From Klebsormidium nitens (taxonomy: Eukaryota > Plantae > Klebsormidiophyceae), in NCBI GenBank assembly GCA_000708835.1, contig DF236951.1, positions 57,877 to 121,876 on the forward strand: a stretch of 64,000 nucleotides of DNA, read 5' to 3'. Shown piece by piece: positions 26,011-40,600 of the stretch (within the stretch, counting starts at the first letter, position 1; each line of letters opens with the position of its first letter). The notes below the pieces were generated by a model. It had not been told where the DNA came from and made no database searches. It was given only the letters and a program-made list of their open reading frames with translations. Made by a program: the position numbers and the translations under genes.

Positions 26011-29000
26011 ATGGAGGGCCCCAGCAGTATAAAAACCAAGAGCAGGGGTGGTAGCGGGGGTGAGAGCGGAAGCATGTCCCCGACCATGAATAGGCAGCGC
26101 GTGAAGCAGGATGTTTGTGAGGAGGTATACAAAAGGTTGGCCGAGTACGGGGATGCGTCTGTCAACACACCTGGATTTATCGAGGAACTGCAGGCACATT
26201 TCAACAGGCTGCCAACAAGGTGAGGGTTTCAATCGGTTGGCGAGTGGGCTGAAGTTCAGTTGTGCTCCTCAACGTTCTTGCAAGCATGACACATGATGGT
26301 TTGGGTCAAATTACCAAACCGTTATCAATGAAGCCGATGACAATGATCTTGCAATTTGCAGGTATGCTCTTGACGTAAACACAGAGCGAGCAGAAGACGT
26401 CCTCACTCACAAGAAGCTTCTTGAATTGGCAAAGGATCCTGCAACTCGTCCAGCCTTCTTTGTCAGAGCGGTACATGTAAGTGCACTTCGCTGCATCCAA
26501 TTGGATACCTAGACAGCCTCTTGGATTAGTATTTCTGAAGTTGCAAAATTGAAACTTAGGCTGGCAACCTTCGCAGTTTTGAGCTCACTGTTTCTTTGGA
26601 GCTGTCAGCAACGAGCTTTGGAAGCACGTGTTGACTTTTAGTCGGTTCTGAAATCTCTTTTTGATTGCAGCTAGTCCCAGTGAATGACTTCAATGATGGT
26701 TCCTCTGATTCGTCACTCAGAGGGTCTCCTCCAGGAGAGAGCGATGATGTGGCGGTACACCCGGCTGTGCGGAGGTTGAGGTGAGCCGAGAACTTTGCTT
26801 GTCCCGAGGAAGTGGGCTTCAGAGGTTCAGCCACAAGAGTCCTCCACATTGAGGCGTCTTCACTTTGCCTGGGGTGCGAGTTGCAACAGCCAGTCATGCC
26901 TGATTACTTGCATTCAACGACTTTGAGCAAATATTTAGCCACCTTGTCAATCTACTTTTGCAGTGTGCATCCACCTCCTGCGTTTGGTTCCTCGCCCAAC
27001 CTGGAGGCCCTGGCACTGGATCTGAACAAGTCTGCCCCAGATGCTGACGAAAAAGGGTCCGTTGGGCAACCATCTCCCACAAGGTATGTCTTGCAACTCT
27101 TTACTTCCGTCCAGTTTCGCCAATCTCTGACTTTTATGAGAGTTGACTCTGCTTGTGGTGCATCGGAAATTGTCACATTCTGAATGTCGGATTCCTTTCT
27201 GCTCGACGCGTGTGAGAGTTCGAAGGCAGAAATAAAAAGTCGGTATCAAATACTTATGTTTGTCTGCAGTTCCAGGGCGCCCCATGCGCCAATGCACGAG
27301 GTGACCATCTCTACTGTGGACAAGCCAAAGCTGCTGAGTCAGGTAGGAAAAGACCGACGCCCTCTATTCCATTGTGCTATCAGCGAGTGCAACCCCTGGC
27401 AAATCGCGTATCCTGCGCAGAGTGGCCCATTTCTTAGCCTCTTGAACGCCCTTCGAGCCAGCCAACATTGTCTTTCATGTGCCTGAGAATACAATTTTGA
27501 TTGCCAAGCTTTTGTCCATGTTCTCAGACCTCCCCTATGCACTTTGCAGTTGTCGGCTCTCTTGGCAGATGTTGGGCTGAACATCCGGGAAGCACATGTT
27601 TTCTCCACTGTGGATGGCTACTCACTTGACGTGTTCGTTGTGGACGGCTGGTCAACTGAGGTAGGTTAGAAGTATCACTCCAGAGTCCAAGGTTGTGGCG
27701 CTCCTCGCTGCTCTTGTAAATCTCTTTGATCTGATTCATCAATCGTGCTCTTGCAAGCAAATGAATCTTTTGCCCTAGCTCGTGCTGGTGAGTTTATCTT
27801 GAGCTGGTAGTTGAAGTTAAAAAGCATGACACAACATATTTCGCCTCTTTTGTAGGATGTCCAAGAGTTGCAGTCTCATCTGAAAGCCCGACTGACGGAG
27901 ATGGAGGTGAGTCTCGACAAACTCTTGAAATTGCATTGATCGGTCCCCTTCATGCAAGACTTGTGCTGTTTTTGAATCTCTGCTGTACAAGCAGGGTTTT
28001 CGTCTTTTGCAAGTCCAGTCTCTACAAACAAGGTTTTCGTCTCTCGGAAGTCCAGTCATTATGAGCGTCCTGACATAGAATCCTGTGCAGAACGGCAAGT
28101 ACGCAAAGGCGCCCGCGGTGGGCCTGCCTGCAGCTGTTATTCCTCCTACTGTGCCAAGTGGACATGTGCGGATCCCAAGTGACGGAACCGACGATTGGGA
28201 GATTGACAGCAGCCAGCTGAAGCTCCTTCACAAGGTGGCTTCAGGGTCCTTCGGGGACCTGTTCAGAGGATCGTACTGCGGCCAGGATGTGGCGATCAAG
28301 ATTCTGAAGCCGGAGAGACTTAACGAAAACCTGCAGCAGGAATTCGCTCAGGAAGTTTACATCATGCGGTGAGGGGTCGCCACCCTCACCTTGGACAGCT
28401 TCTCCCTTTCTTTGAAACTTTCAAAATGTTTGATTTTGGCGCTCAAAAGACTGGCCGGGCGGAAGTCGGACCTACTGGTTCACAGCCTCATTGTCTTCCA
28501 GTGCCAGCGCGGATTTGCCATGGCTGAGGCACTCCTGCAAAGGTGCCGCTACAGGACTGTCGAACAAAAGTCTTAGAGTTTCCTGGTGCAGCTGCAGTGT
28601 CGATCTGTATGTGCAGGTGTTTGCCTAGGTTTGTTATAAGTACAGCAGTCAGATACATAAAGTTTAGAATACATGAGTGGTTGAATAACTTTGTCCATCT
28701 CAATGTTTCAGAAGGACACATGGGGTGGGTCTCTATGTTTGTTCCTGGTCAGAGTTGCCCCTGACATGAAGTTTGTGCGTACATTCGCCTCAAACGTGGA
28801 GACCTGATATCCGACATCTCTAATGTTTTGCAGGAAAGTGCGGCACAAGAACGTTGTGCAATTCATTGGGGCATGCACGAAGCCTCCAAATCTGTCTATT
28901 GTTACAGGTATGAATCTGAGCCCTCCATTGTGCATCGTCATATTCGATTTTGCGATCGGGAGCCAGTTTAGTTTGGTCTCTTCGGAGCCACTCTCTCAGG

Positions 29001-31397
29001 AACGAGTTAGAGCTTTAATGGAGCTATTTAGGCTGCAGATTCCAGTCAATCCCTTAGTCGCTTGGATCAGGTTGCTTACTTAAGGAACGCTGGGCCCATC
29101 TACCCGGGGAAGCCTGTTTACTCGGCGGCCTGTTTATTGTCGCCGTGGCCGCCTCTGCAGAGTTCATGTCGGGAGGCAGTGTTTACGACTACCTGCACAA
29201 GCAGAAGGCAGCTATCCGATTGCCTCTGCTCTTGAAGATTGGGATCGACGTGTCGAAGGGCATGGACTACCTGCATCAGAACAACATCATTCACAGGGAC
29301 TTGAAGGCGGCAAACCTGCTCATGGACGAAAACGATGTAAGTTAATGCGCGACACCCTGCTTAAGCTGCGCCGCCTAGGATCTCTGAGTTCAAATTGCCC
29401 CTCAAGGCAATCTGTGCCAGTCCGCTCCTCCGTGTACTCTGATGTCGAGAGCGCCCAAGGGGAAGATCTTGGTTCTCTTGGGATGTTATTCTGGTCAGGG
29501 TCTGTCGGTTGATCCTACATCTCTTTACTTCGAATGTGCTGTGCCGTCAGCGTGGCGCACAAGCAGACTCAATATATATAGATCGTCCGACTTCTATTTG
29601 CTGCGGTGTTTTGTGGGAGCTTATTAGCCGTTGGGAACTCATGATGGACATATTTCGGGGTTGAAGTCAACGGTTGGGTCCTAGGCTATTCCGAGTTATC
29701 GGGGCCGATATGTCCGTTTCCTTGGAAAGTCTTGTAAAGTGACGATGGCAAGGTTGCTTCATCAGGTTCGAGTTCCTGATCATAAGAATGTCTGGTTTGC
29801 AAGCTATTATTGTAAGCTGACGAAGTGCTCTGGTTGATTGGGTCCGTCGCTTGGGTTCGCCTGTACGAAGATGTGGGCCGTAACGCGCTTTGCAGGGCAA
29901 CCGATCTGTTTAATAGCATTTTCTTTTTAACTGGGTCACACGTGGATAAACGTGTCGACATGGGACGTTTCCTATCGCAGCGCCAGGTGGTCCAGTGATG
30001 CTGCTCCACCCATGCTTCCTCCTGAGCTGGCCCTCGTAACGCCTTGAGGACGCTTGCTGTGCAGGTGGTCAAGGTGGCCGACTTTGGGGTGGCCCGGGTC
30101 CAGGCGCAGAGCGGGATCATGACGGCCGAGACAGGAACATACCGCTGGATGGCGCCCGAAGTGAGCCAGCTCTCGTATATGTTTCACAAAAGTGCTCAAC
30201 TCGAGCCGAAGGCTTGATAGTTTGCTGTTGCGCTTTAGACTTTGTCAAGTGATGCATGTTGCATGCCATGACTGATTGCAAATTAGTTTGTGCAGAGCGG
30301 AAGAACAGCTGGACTTGCATCCCCTCCGGCCTCTTGGTTTGCTGTACTTTGATGCGCCCTTGCTTCCTTTCTGCTTTCCGTGTTCTTGAGCACGCTGGTT
30401 TGGAATGTTTTGCCAGAGAAAGAGCGCAGCCGGGCGGCTGTCTTCGCTCTTCTTGTGTTGTTGATTCCGTTTTTTGCCTTGGTGCAGGTCATTGAGCATC
30501 GGCCTTACGACAATAAGGCAGATGTGTTCAGTTTTGGGATTGTTCTGTGGGAGCTGCTGACTGGAAAGGTGAGGACTGGCCGGCGTCATGATCGTCGGCC
30601 CTTTGCATGTAGCCAGAATTCATTCTGCGTGGCAGCTAAAGCCTGTATTTCTACTGCCCAGTACAATTTCTAGTGTGATTTACTCTCTCCTTAAGCCGCG
30701 GTTGCTCTCTGCGTCCTTGCAGTTGCCTTACAGCGATCTGACGCCGCTCCAAGCGGCAGTTGGCGTGGTTCAGAAGGTAAGTCAGCGACCTGCCATGTTC
30801 ACCCCCGTCGTTCTTCTGCACGGACGATTGTCCTCGATCACCAACCTTGTGCTGAAATGTTTCGGCGCTCATGTTCTCGCAGGCATTCTCTTGAGGCAAT
30901 TCTTCTTACAACATCATTGACCATCTTGTGTTAGTGACCAAAACTCCTTGTGCCGGCAAGGGAGCGACTGCTGGCTGCGAAGAGCACGGTTCTCATGCTT
31001 CTCCACGACTCGCTTGGCAGGGGCTTCGGCCGACGATCCCCAAGACGTGCCACCCCAAGCTGGCTGAGGTCATGCACCGGTGCTGGTCGACCAACCCGTC
31101 GGAGCGGCCCGAGTTCTCGGAAGTGACAAAGCTGCTGCAGGACGCGCTTAAGTCGGTGAGGGCGCTGTACTCTTTGGTCTACTTGAGCAGCAGACGTTAC
31201 CGGAATGGGCCCCTTGACTGCGAGCGGTCTCATGATGAACACTCGTGTTCAAAGTGGTTTTTAACAATCTGGATGGAAGCGTTTCAAGCATTGGATGCGA
31301 CGACGTTGGTTTGTTGCAGGTTGAGGAGGATTCCGACCTGGAGAAGAGGAAGGAAAAGAAGCCTGGTGGCTTCTTCTCGGCTCTGAAGCGGCGATAG
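26011..31397 (+). CDS. STY46: ACT-domain Raf-like Ser/Thr/Tyr protein kinase, STY8/STY17/STY46 family (586 aa, 15 exons)
   Basis: Exons 26011-26219, 26362-26476, 26671-26780, 26964-27083, 27270-27342, 27550-27660, 27856-27906, 28091-28368, 28834-28907, 29161-29336, 30065-30160, 30488-30568, 30723-30776, 31021-31155, 31320-31397; 1761 nt. Motifs [29 protein letters not shown] ([51 protein letters not shown]), [34 protein letters not shown]. The symbol names the family; the exact paralog cannot be resolved. Confidence 0.95.
27986..28057. repeat. Diverged 35-bp tandem duplication (period 37) in STY intron 7
   Basis: tacaagcagggttttcgtcttttgcaagtccagtc (27986-28020) vs tacaaacaaggttttcgtctctcggaagtccagtc (28023-28057); 5 mismatches. 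Confidence 0.9.
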
Positions 31398-32223
31398 AAT
31401 CAGCATTTGTGAGACACTTCGGAAAGGTTTTAGGACAGCCTTGTAGTATTTGTATAGAAACGGCGGCCACACAAGCACAGGAGCAGGCAAGGGGAGATCG
31501 AGTATTTTTGGGCAGAGCGAACTTTCTGTTCATCAGATGCTCAGTTTGTCAAGGCCCATCGGCTAGTTTTGCCAAAGCGCTCAGGGGCCAGGTGCAGGTA
31601 CGACATGACTTGCTGATTGATTCCATCCTTAATTATAGCCTGGCTGGCTACATGCTTGCACTTCGTTTGATGTTTGATCTTAAGCCGAGATAGTGGATTT
31701 GAACGCACCATTGGCTCCCTTCGTCTGTGGGAATGAGTTCGTGCTGTCAGCAATGCTTCAATAATACTGCGATCATTGTATGTGATGATATGTCCGACCC
31801 ACATGCGGCTCTCGTTAAACTATTCGCTTCTTGTATGAGTGCGCATCGCATCACTCCAGCTATAGTGCATCGCATACATGGATCCGGGACAACTTCGCTT
31901 CTTTGTCCTCGAAGCTTAGCGCTATAGGTGGATGCACACTATCATGTGGCCGGATTGACCTAGCTGGAAATTATAAATACATGCAAACAAATCTCTAGCT
32001 GGCCGGCCATGTGCATGTGCGCGTTATGCGCAGCCATGACCAAAACAGCGTTGAATATACTGATAAGATTCGTTTTGGTTGTGACGGTCTCAAGCTTTTA
32101 TATATTGCATCCAAAGTGCATGTGCTGCCAGTTCTCTGGGCAGGTTGGACAGGCTGCATGTTTGTTTAAGCAGAACTACTTCAACCTTTGCTTGTATATG
32201 GGTCACACGGAACCTGGAATCAA

Positions 32224-35200
32224 CTAAGCCGGCCACACGGAGCGGCCCATCATTTTGAAAAGCCCGGGGATGACAGAAATGGTGGCCGGGCCCACGAGAG
32301 GCAAAAGCTCTCCATCGATGCCGCAGGACCGGTTGTCGTTCTCGCCCGGAATAATACGCACGGCTTTCACCTGAAGCAACAGAAGCAGGCAAGAGGGTAA
32401 AACGGCCTTTCATGACTCTAAGAGCATGCTCCTCCGGATAATCAACACCTGTTCTCTCAAATAGTTCATTTACCCTCAAATAAATGGTCGGTTGTATGGC
32501 GGAAACATCGCAGAGCCAGATTGATACAACGGCAAAAGGGTCGCAGGTACTTACAGAAAAGGGCAGCGAGCAAGCAAGGCGCATCTTCTCTTGACCGTGC
32601 TGCCCGGCAACTCCGACGGTGTCTGACGTTCACCCACACGTGGCACACATTACAAATTAATCAAAGGAGCTTCCAGCTGTAAAGCAGGACCGCAGTTCAG
32701 TGTCCTCTTGCCTCGAACCCCAGCATTCGAAAGCTTGATCCACGCAACAGCCCGTTTACCCTGGGCCGCTCGCTTTGTCGCTCAGGAAAACCGAAAGAAG
32801 CGCGGTTAGAGCGCGCGCACTCACCTTGCGGTACTCGACGAAGGGCAGGTCGGCGTGCTTGCTGAACTGCAGCAGCGTGAGGAAGCGCACCAGGTCGACG
32901 CGCCCCACCGGCTTCACCAGCATGAGGTCCAGGTGGCCGTCGTCCGCCTCCGCGCTGGGCGCCAGGCACTGCGTCTTCAGAAACTGCACGCTGCGGCACT
33001 TGTGGTTGCACACCATCACCGACAGGAACGGCCCGCTGCGCCGCACCCACCCCCCGGACGATCCGCTGGCGCCGCTTTCGCCGCCGCCGGAAGCGCCCTC
33101 CGCAGCTGCTTCGGTGCCCCGTCCGCTGGCAGATCCCCGCCCATCGCGTATTCGTACGGGGATATCCACCTTGTCCGGCTGAGAGGCTCCCTCAGATGGC
33201 GCAGAGCCGCTTGCCTCCACTCGCTTCGATTCTCCTCCCTCACTTCGCGGCCCCCAATCGCCAGCAGTACGTTCGTATCGCTCTGCGTGCACAGCTTCTG
33301 CTTCACTATCTGCCTTCTGGGCATCCCCGTCGGACTCCGCAACTTCGCCCAGGTCTTCATCCGGTTCGTCGAACGCGCCCACTCTCGCAGGCGCCGAGAA
33401 CGTATGCCGGTGACCTGGGCGGCCACTCCGCCCTTTTCCAGGCGCTCCGCTCGGCCCGGCCGCCCCATCCTCCTCAAACTCCGCGAAATCCAGGCCTCCC
33501 ACGCACCTGAAATTCCGCCCGGCGCGCCGCCGGAAGCCCGAGCTTCCGTGCCGCTTGCGGCGCCCCTCCGCGGCACGCTCGTGGTCCGGCTCGAGTAGCT
33601 TCCCGGGGGGTTCGTTCGGGCCCCACCGCGCGCCCAGCTCGCGCGCGCGCACGTTCCACGTGATCCCTTGCTGCCGCCGCTCCTCGTCGGCGCTCTCGTT
33701 CAGCAGCGCCTCCTGCTGCCGCTCCTCCCAGTTGCTGCGCTTGCGCCGCCCCCCCTGCTCGCGCTCGCGCTCGCGCGCCTCGAGCGCCTCGCGCATGCTG
33801 CCCTCGCCCGAGGACGCGGCCCACCACGCGCGGCGCTCCTCGGGGTCCACCTCCAGAAACTCAACGTCGACGATGTAGTGCGGCAGCGAGAGCATCTGCC
33901 ACGCGCCCGCGGCCGTGTACTTGAGCGGGCCCAGCCGCTTGAGGCCCGGCATCTCGCTGCGACGCAGCGCGTCGCTCATGAAGCCGTAGTACGTCATGCA
34001 CACGCCGATCTGCGGCACGGGCGCCGCGTTGTCAGCGGTCGGATCCCAGCGCACCACAAACGCGTCCAGCGGCGTCGTGCCACCCTGTAGAGTCAAACAG
34101 AGGGCGGGTCAGGACAAGAACCGGCGAGATTGCTTCCACAGGGTCTAGGACGGCGGAGCCGTACTTGGGATGCCCTGGATAGCCGCTAGCAGAAGCCGGC
34201 CACTGCAGAAACGCAGTAAGCAGATGGTGCAAGCTGGACACAAGGGAGACCTGTGCACTCACAACATACACGAGACAGCGAGGAAAATGAGTGTCATCAG
34301 GCTCGACTGCCAACCGACGGGCGCGGGCGCACCTCCACTGAGGCCGTAGTCATCGCACAATCGCGCAATCAAGTCCATTCATATAGCAGCTTGCGCTTGG
34401 GGCATCAGTGGAAAACTGGGTCGACAACTTCCCCTCACCTTGACGACCAAGAGCGCGGCATCAGTGGCGGTCTTGACCCCGAGTACGCTCCATACAAGCG
34501 CGTTGTCCGATCCAGCAGGGACGACCCCGATGGGGCACGACATGGCGCGCTTGCGGTCGGGGTGAAGGAACAGCCCGTTCAGTACCTGTGCCAAGGGTGC
34601 GTGCTGGGCGTCAGTATGCCACGGTCAGAGGAGGAGCAGCTGGGTGCGATTTAACGTGCGAAGAAGCTGTCGGACTCACTGTTAAGCCGGCCTAATCCGC
34701 GGGAGTGTTACAAGACCCAGGCAGCAACGATTGTCCAGCATGGCGGGTAACAGGTTGCATCTCTCAACAAAGGCGTGCACTCCTGTTGAAAAACTTACTG
34801 GCCCTGGGATCCAAAAGTGTCAGACCTAGAACAGTCAATCACCAGCTATCATTAGACGAAACTTTCTGCAGTCATTATGCGGGCAAGAGACAATATGACG
34901 GTGCGCATCAGCCACTCGGCCTCCTGCCCATCATGACAGTTCGTTCTGAGAATGTTCCCGCAATCACCCAACTACAAACAGCTCTGCCCAACCCCACTTC
35001 TGCACTGGAGCAACACTTCTCGACTTTGCTTTAGCAGCATTCCCCACGAGCGACTTCTCACCTCATTGACGAGGCCGTCCCCGCCCACACAGACGATGCC
35101 CCCCTCACAGGTGCCCAGGTCAATCTGGGAGGCCAGCCTGACAGCATGCCCGGCGCGCTCCGTCTGGACGACCGTAAATTTGAGTCCAGCCAGGCGGAAG

Positions 35201-36719
35201 ATTGGCAGCACAAGGTGCTCCAGCACGCGCGCGCCCCGGCCATGCCCCGAGCAGGGGTTCACGATGATCAGGATAGGAGCGCCGCCCCGCTCCAAGACTG
35301 TGGCGCCTGGCTCAGGGGTGGCGTCCATCTCTACTGCAGTAAGAGACTGGAAGTGTGGGTGTTGCTTACTGGCGCATAGATGCAGTACCCCTCTGATGTC
35401 GATTCTCAAAAGGCCGTGTCCTGTGAACTCAAGTGTCACATGAAAGTGGGGACCTCCACAATCAAGGAGCTCTATGCTACCACTGGGAATTTGTGCTGGC
35501 GGTGAGCAGATGAAGGGTATCGCTTGCTTTATGTACACTGCCTAGATAAATGCTTTATCTTTTTACCTCAAAAAGCTTTCATTCTGCTTACGTAGAGCCA
35601 GTCTGTACAGATTGCAAGCCCAAGTGCTTGGTTCAGTTCAAAAGACACCAACTCAATACGTGTTGCAAGAAGTTGCAGAAGAGAATACCTGTAGAATCTG
35701 ACAAATCTGCTTTCAGATGCTAGAAACCTTACTAGTGAATCTACATGACGTGTGCGAAACAGAGAAGGAAACAAAAATCTGGAGCACTACTCCACCATAA
35801 TTAAGCTGGACATCTGACTCCCTGCAATCTAGCTCTCATTCGTATCTGCTTCTGTGTATTTGCAAACTATGCTATGGCTGCTGAACTCTGCTGAAATCTC
35901 AGAGCATGAGAAATGGTGTTAGATGATTACTCGCAAAATGTATAACGTAGACTTCACAATGCCCATACAACTCCAATCCCACTATACTTGCACAGATGCT
36001 AACAGCCAGCAACAATTAACGAACCCAGCCTTTCCACCACCATGGTGGAGAGAATACTGACAGCAAAGTTACAGAAGCGCCAACTTCGAGCTATTGGACG
36101 TGGAAAATTGCTTGGCCCATCAGCCAACAGTTTCTGAGGTTTACTCACCAGCACCCCCATTGCCATCCTGGCCGCGTGGTTCGCTTGGTTCCACATTCGC
36201 CTCAGCCTCATTGCCATTCACAAGAGCTGCCCCTGCCTCTTGCACCGTAATCGCTGTGCCCAAACTTCCAAGCCCCTGCACCCACTTCTCCGCTTCCTGA
36301 GCTGAAGGCGCGCAGAACCTGACATGCACCAACCTCTTGCCAGCATTGGACACGGGGTTAGTTGCAAATCCATGCAGCTCAAACTGGCTGGCAGCATTCT
36401 TGACCTCAACCGAAATGGTGTCCTTTATAAGCAACACTCTGCGTGACACGCTCTGCCGCCAAACGAGGCCCTCCGGAACGAGGACGGCCTTCACGCGCTT
36501 GGACGAGCCTCCGTCCCCCAGCTTGAACAGAAACCCGGATGTAACCACCACCTCCGCTTCAAACTGGCCCGCTCCCAACAGGCTGGCAATCTCCGCAGGG
36601 CTCAGAGTGCGGTCCAGGCCATTCAGTTCACCCCTGCGCCGCCCAGACCTCATGCGGAGCCAGCCCAGGCTTTTCACCCTGAGCAGCGCACCTGTCCCTG
36701 GGGCCAGCTCTTCGCTCAT
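32224..36719 (-). CDS. LCBK1: Long-chain base (sphingosine) kinase LCBK1-like (798 aa from ATG 36719; in-frame upstream ATGs exist, e.g. 37268)
   Basis: Exons 36719-36149, 35333-35062, 34585-34439, 34084-32825, 32370-32224; phases compatible. PH-like N region (LVW...RFCAPSAQEAEKWV), DAGK catalytic motifs IIVNPCSGHG, CVGGDGLVNEVLNGL, IGVVPAGSDNALVWSVLG, YYGFMSD, DDGHLDL, CGIDGELL. The start codon and any extra small exon in intron 1 are uncertain. Confidence 0.9.
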
Positions 36720-37663
36720 TGTAAAACGCTGCCGCTGGGCTGGGGCAACAGCTCTACCTTTCAACAACCGATCCTTCAAGCCAAGCCTCAGTTTCTTGTC
36801 TTGTCTAAACAGTAGAGGGGCAGTTGGTATGAAAAGGAAGCGTCTTGAGGGGATGGAACAAGGGCGAGACGAAAACCAGGTTGCAACAGAAGTCGAAACT
36901 CTGTTTCTAGAGTACGCACACGATGAGGAGGCAGCAATCTGACCATGCAGGTCAATCCCACCACAGATCACAGGCAACACGTTCTTCGTGGGAGACAAGC
37001 TCGAAGGAGCTCCTGCGCAAGCTCTCCCCACAGGAGCTCTGCAATGGCGGCATGCTCGGGCCGCTGGCTTCATTGCAGCTGCAAGCAGCCTCGAACTAGA
37101 CCCTGCAGCTCGCTTCTCTTCTGTTTCGCGGAGCTTCGTGGGTTCCGCAGGTGCATGATGGACCTCGTACCTACCGCAGATTCTGGTGTCAGAGGGAATC
37201 TGGTAGCCAATGAGCATGTGCCATATCAGCATAGTTTTGCAAAATCTGGAGAAGCCACTTGGTTCCATTTGACCAGCCCCCTCGTCACGTGGAACGCCAG
37301 CTGGCAAAGCAGCAAGGCCGGGAAACTCGGCCTCATTGACATGAACTCGGCCGGCCCCCGGGGCCCAGGGGCCGGGGCCGCCCGGGTGCAGGGCCCTTCA
37401 ATGTTGACAGTGACTACTCAAATTGAGATCGCACCTTTGCTTGGCAAGAACTTGAAGATTCAACTTCAGTCTTCAAGAGGTCTGGTCAAGGTGCAGGGGA
37501 ACCTAGCAACAAGAAGCAGATTTCAGGGTGCCAGCAGACGGTTGTATCAACTGAACGCTTCAGCTTTTGAGAGGTTTCGTGGAGATCTGCAGAGAGGGCG
37601 AGTTTAGCTGCTCTAGTGATCATCTAGCACAGGAACCTTGAGTTCTTTGATCGAAAGGCCGTC

Positions 37664-40600
37664 ATGGCTGGTACTTATCTTCCCACACCGCCACCGAGCC
37701 CCCGTGCTATGCGAGAACCGTGGCGGAAGCAGCTGCCGGCTTTGTTGTGGCCTGTGGCCCGCAAGCTGCAGGGGACGTTTCCCAGTGCGTGGAATGCATG
37801 GATGCTGCCAGGCCTTTGCTTCCTTGTGGACTTCCAGATGTTGGGGCATGTGGCGGTGGTCGTCTTTTTGGTCTGGCTCTCGGGCTACTTTGGCGTCAGC
37901 ATCTTCTTGGCACTTACGTGGTCGCTGCTCTACCTGGGATTTGTGAGTCACAAGCTTCCTTGAAGGCGTGGGACGCTGCTTCATTCCAGGAAGACAGGGG
38001 ATCCCTTCAGATGATGCTGCATGTTAGATGTTGTCAAGTGTACAGCCGTTGGGTCGCAAATCTGGGATCATACATTGAACTGAGATGACATGTGGGGAAA
38101 GACTGCTTGATTCTCATGGAGCCAGGTATGTTGACATTGGTGGGATCATGGACAAGTCATCCAGGATCATGCCATTGCTTGTGGATTGGCGGGTAGTGAA
38201 TAAGCAGCAGTTTTTGCATGCAAGTGACTTCCATTGGTCCAAGTCAATTGCAAGTTTTGACCAGCTGATAAGACCATCTACTCTGTTTGAATGAATCCTG
38301 CAGATTGACAGGTCGCAGCGGGATGCAAGTACAAGCCGGTTGCGCCATGAAGCCTACAGGGAGGTGGAACGCCAGAAGGTGAGCCCTGAGGTTTACACCC
38401 TTGGATTCAGAAATTGTGCAATCCCATCTTCTTTATGCGAGTTTACATCAAGATCATGAATGAATACACACAATTCTCAGTTGGTAATTCATTCACTGCC
38501 TCTGATGTCTCTGGACCTTCCGGCTGCTTCTATACGCAGGCATTTGACGTGACGGAGACATGTGGGTGGGTGAACACCATGACGGAGGCTCTTTGGAACT
38601 ACAACCTGGAGCCGCTCATCTGTGAGAACATCCTTAAGGTGGTGCCTTGGTTCCTGGATACCTTCAAACCAGGGGCGCTGGTAAGTCACAGTGGGGTCCA
38701 AATTTGCTTCTTGATTGCATGAGCAGCAACTTGTTTCATCATCTCACCCTCATAATAAGCTTGGGAGTGCACGTTTCAGCCTTCAGCAAAGTGCTGCAGT
38801 GCGTTGTAACCTGTTCCTTACCAATCTCATTTGGATTCAAAAGTGCTCGCTAGTCAAGGTGCTTGATAGGAATGCACCAATGCTGAAACAATAAAATTAA
38901 GGCCTGTTAGTAAGGGCACTTGTCACCAGGACGGAAGTTGAACAAATACCCTGAACGGAGCCCAGGAAACTGTAACACTGTCTACAATTATCTTTTTGGT
39001 ATGTGCAGGAGAAGTTGTCCTTACTAAAGATTCGCCTGGGGAGCACGCCCCCGGTGCTGTCCAACATGCGCGTGTACAGCCAGCCGTCCAGCGACGACCA
39101 CATTGTGCTGGAGTGCAGCATGTCCTTCTTCACCGACGCTGACTTCAGCGCCACCGCAGAGGCGAAAGTGCGCACCATCAAGGTCACGGCCCAGGCGTTC
39201 ATCACCAGCCTCAGGATGGAGGGCAAGGTGAGCCGCACTTTGTCCCTACTTCTCTCTTCATCTGTTTGAAAGTCCTGTTCTTAATTGTTTCCTGGTATGA
39301 GTTACACAGATAGAGAACTCCTGTTGTTTTTTTCTTTCTCGATATAATCTGTACAGAGAGAACAGGGAGAACGGCTTCCAAGTCATCTGTCTTTGCAACT
39401 CTCATATTATGCCAGGCTCTTTGCCCCCCAGAGTAGCCAGGCCAGACTACTATATCCGAGCTTTGTCCTGCTTGTATGTGAAGGCTGTGGCGCGATGCCT
39501 TGCTTTCGACAAGAAGGACCCGCTCAATGCTTGGCGCCGCATCAAATGTAACCTAAGTGCGTTTGCCCTCGTGGCAGCACCACCATTTCCATGGCCGAAT
39601 GCACTTAGACTTACTTCTGCAGGTGCGTGTCGGCATCCAGCTGGCTCACAATCTGCCCCTGATCAAGAGAGTGCGCGTCTCCTTTGTGACCCCCCCCAAA
39701 GTTGGCGTGTCGGTCAAGCCATTGACCACCCACAGTTTCGACATTGCACACATGCCCATCATAGCCAACCTGATTGAGCACACGCTCACCTCCGCGGTTG
39801 AGAGCACTGTGGTTACGGTAAGCACGGGCCACTGTTTTCCGATATTCACAGGAGTCGCTTTGTGCAGAAGCTGCTTGTACTTGGTCGTGAAGGTGCATGG
39901 GTCGAATGGTCCAGGGTGTTATTTTTGAAGGGATGGCATGTCGAACACAACAAACGGTGGCATGTCTAAGCAATGGTGCCTTGGTGAATACTGCACCTCT
40001 GGATCATTTCATAACTGAACTGCAGCGCCTAGATGACGATTTCCACGAGATCAATACGTACACCTGTGTCCATGGGTCCGTCTACACCGAGCTTGTGTTC
40101 ATCGGTCATGTGAAGCAATATGACCATGTGAAGCAGTGTGCTCTTGACGTTTGCAGCCCAATATCTTGACAATCGACGTTCCAAAGCTCCTCTGCTGGGA
40201 TGGCGTTGTTGGAGTGCCGGCGCAGCTGCCAAGTAAGCCCAGCTGCCTCGTTCACGGCTCTATGATGGATGTTGGCCGAACGGATCCGTTGCTGGGAGGT
40301 GGCAACGTGGCTATGGCTCGACGCTTCTTTGTGTCTCTCCCGGGCAAATTTCGATTTGGCCCTCAGCCTTCGACAAAAGGATTCTAAATCGATTGACATA
40401 GGGGCCATCTGATGATTTTTTTCAATAAATCTTCAACTCAAAAGCAGCCACGAATCATTGCCATCCAAGAGGCGTGAGGATATTGCGCAGGGAAGATGAT
40501 GAAGCTAATATGTTCCTCTGTCCAGATTGGATCGAACTGGAGCATGGAAGGCCAGAAGCCATCGTCCTGTTTGAGATCTTGGAGGGGCGCAATCTCCGGG

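Noticed and set aside
32855-33598. Long antisense or alternative-frame ORFs (also 1275-1898, 2976-3536, 10349-11140, 44145-44630, 58824-59567)
   Set aside because: Shadows of GC-rich coding exons, or frames running through introns; each is explained by the assembled genes.
36945-37607. 220-aa plus-strand ORF between LCBK1 and NTMC2T6
   Set aside because: No motif; lies antisense to the LCBK1 5' region in a GC-rich divergent promoter.
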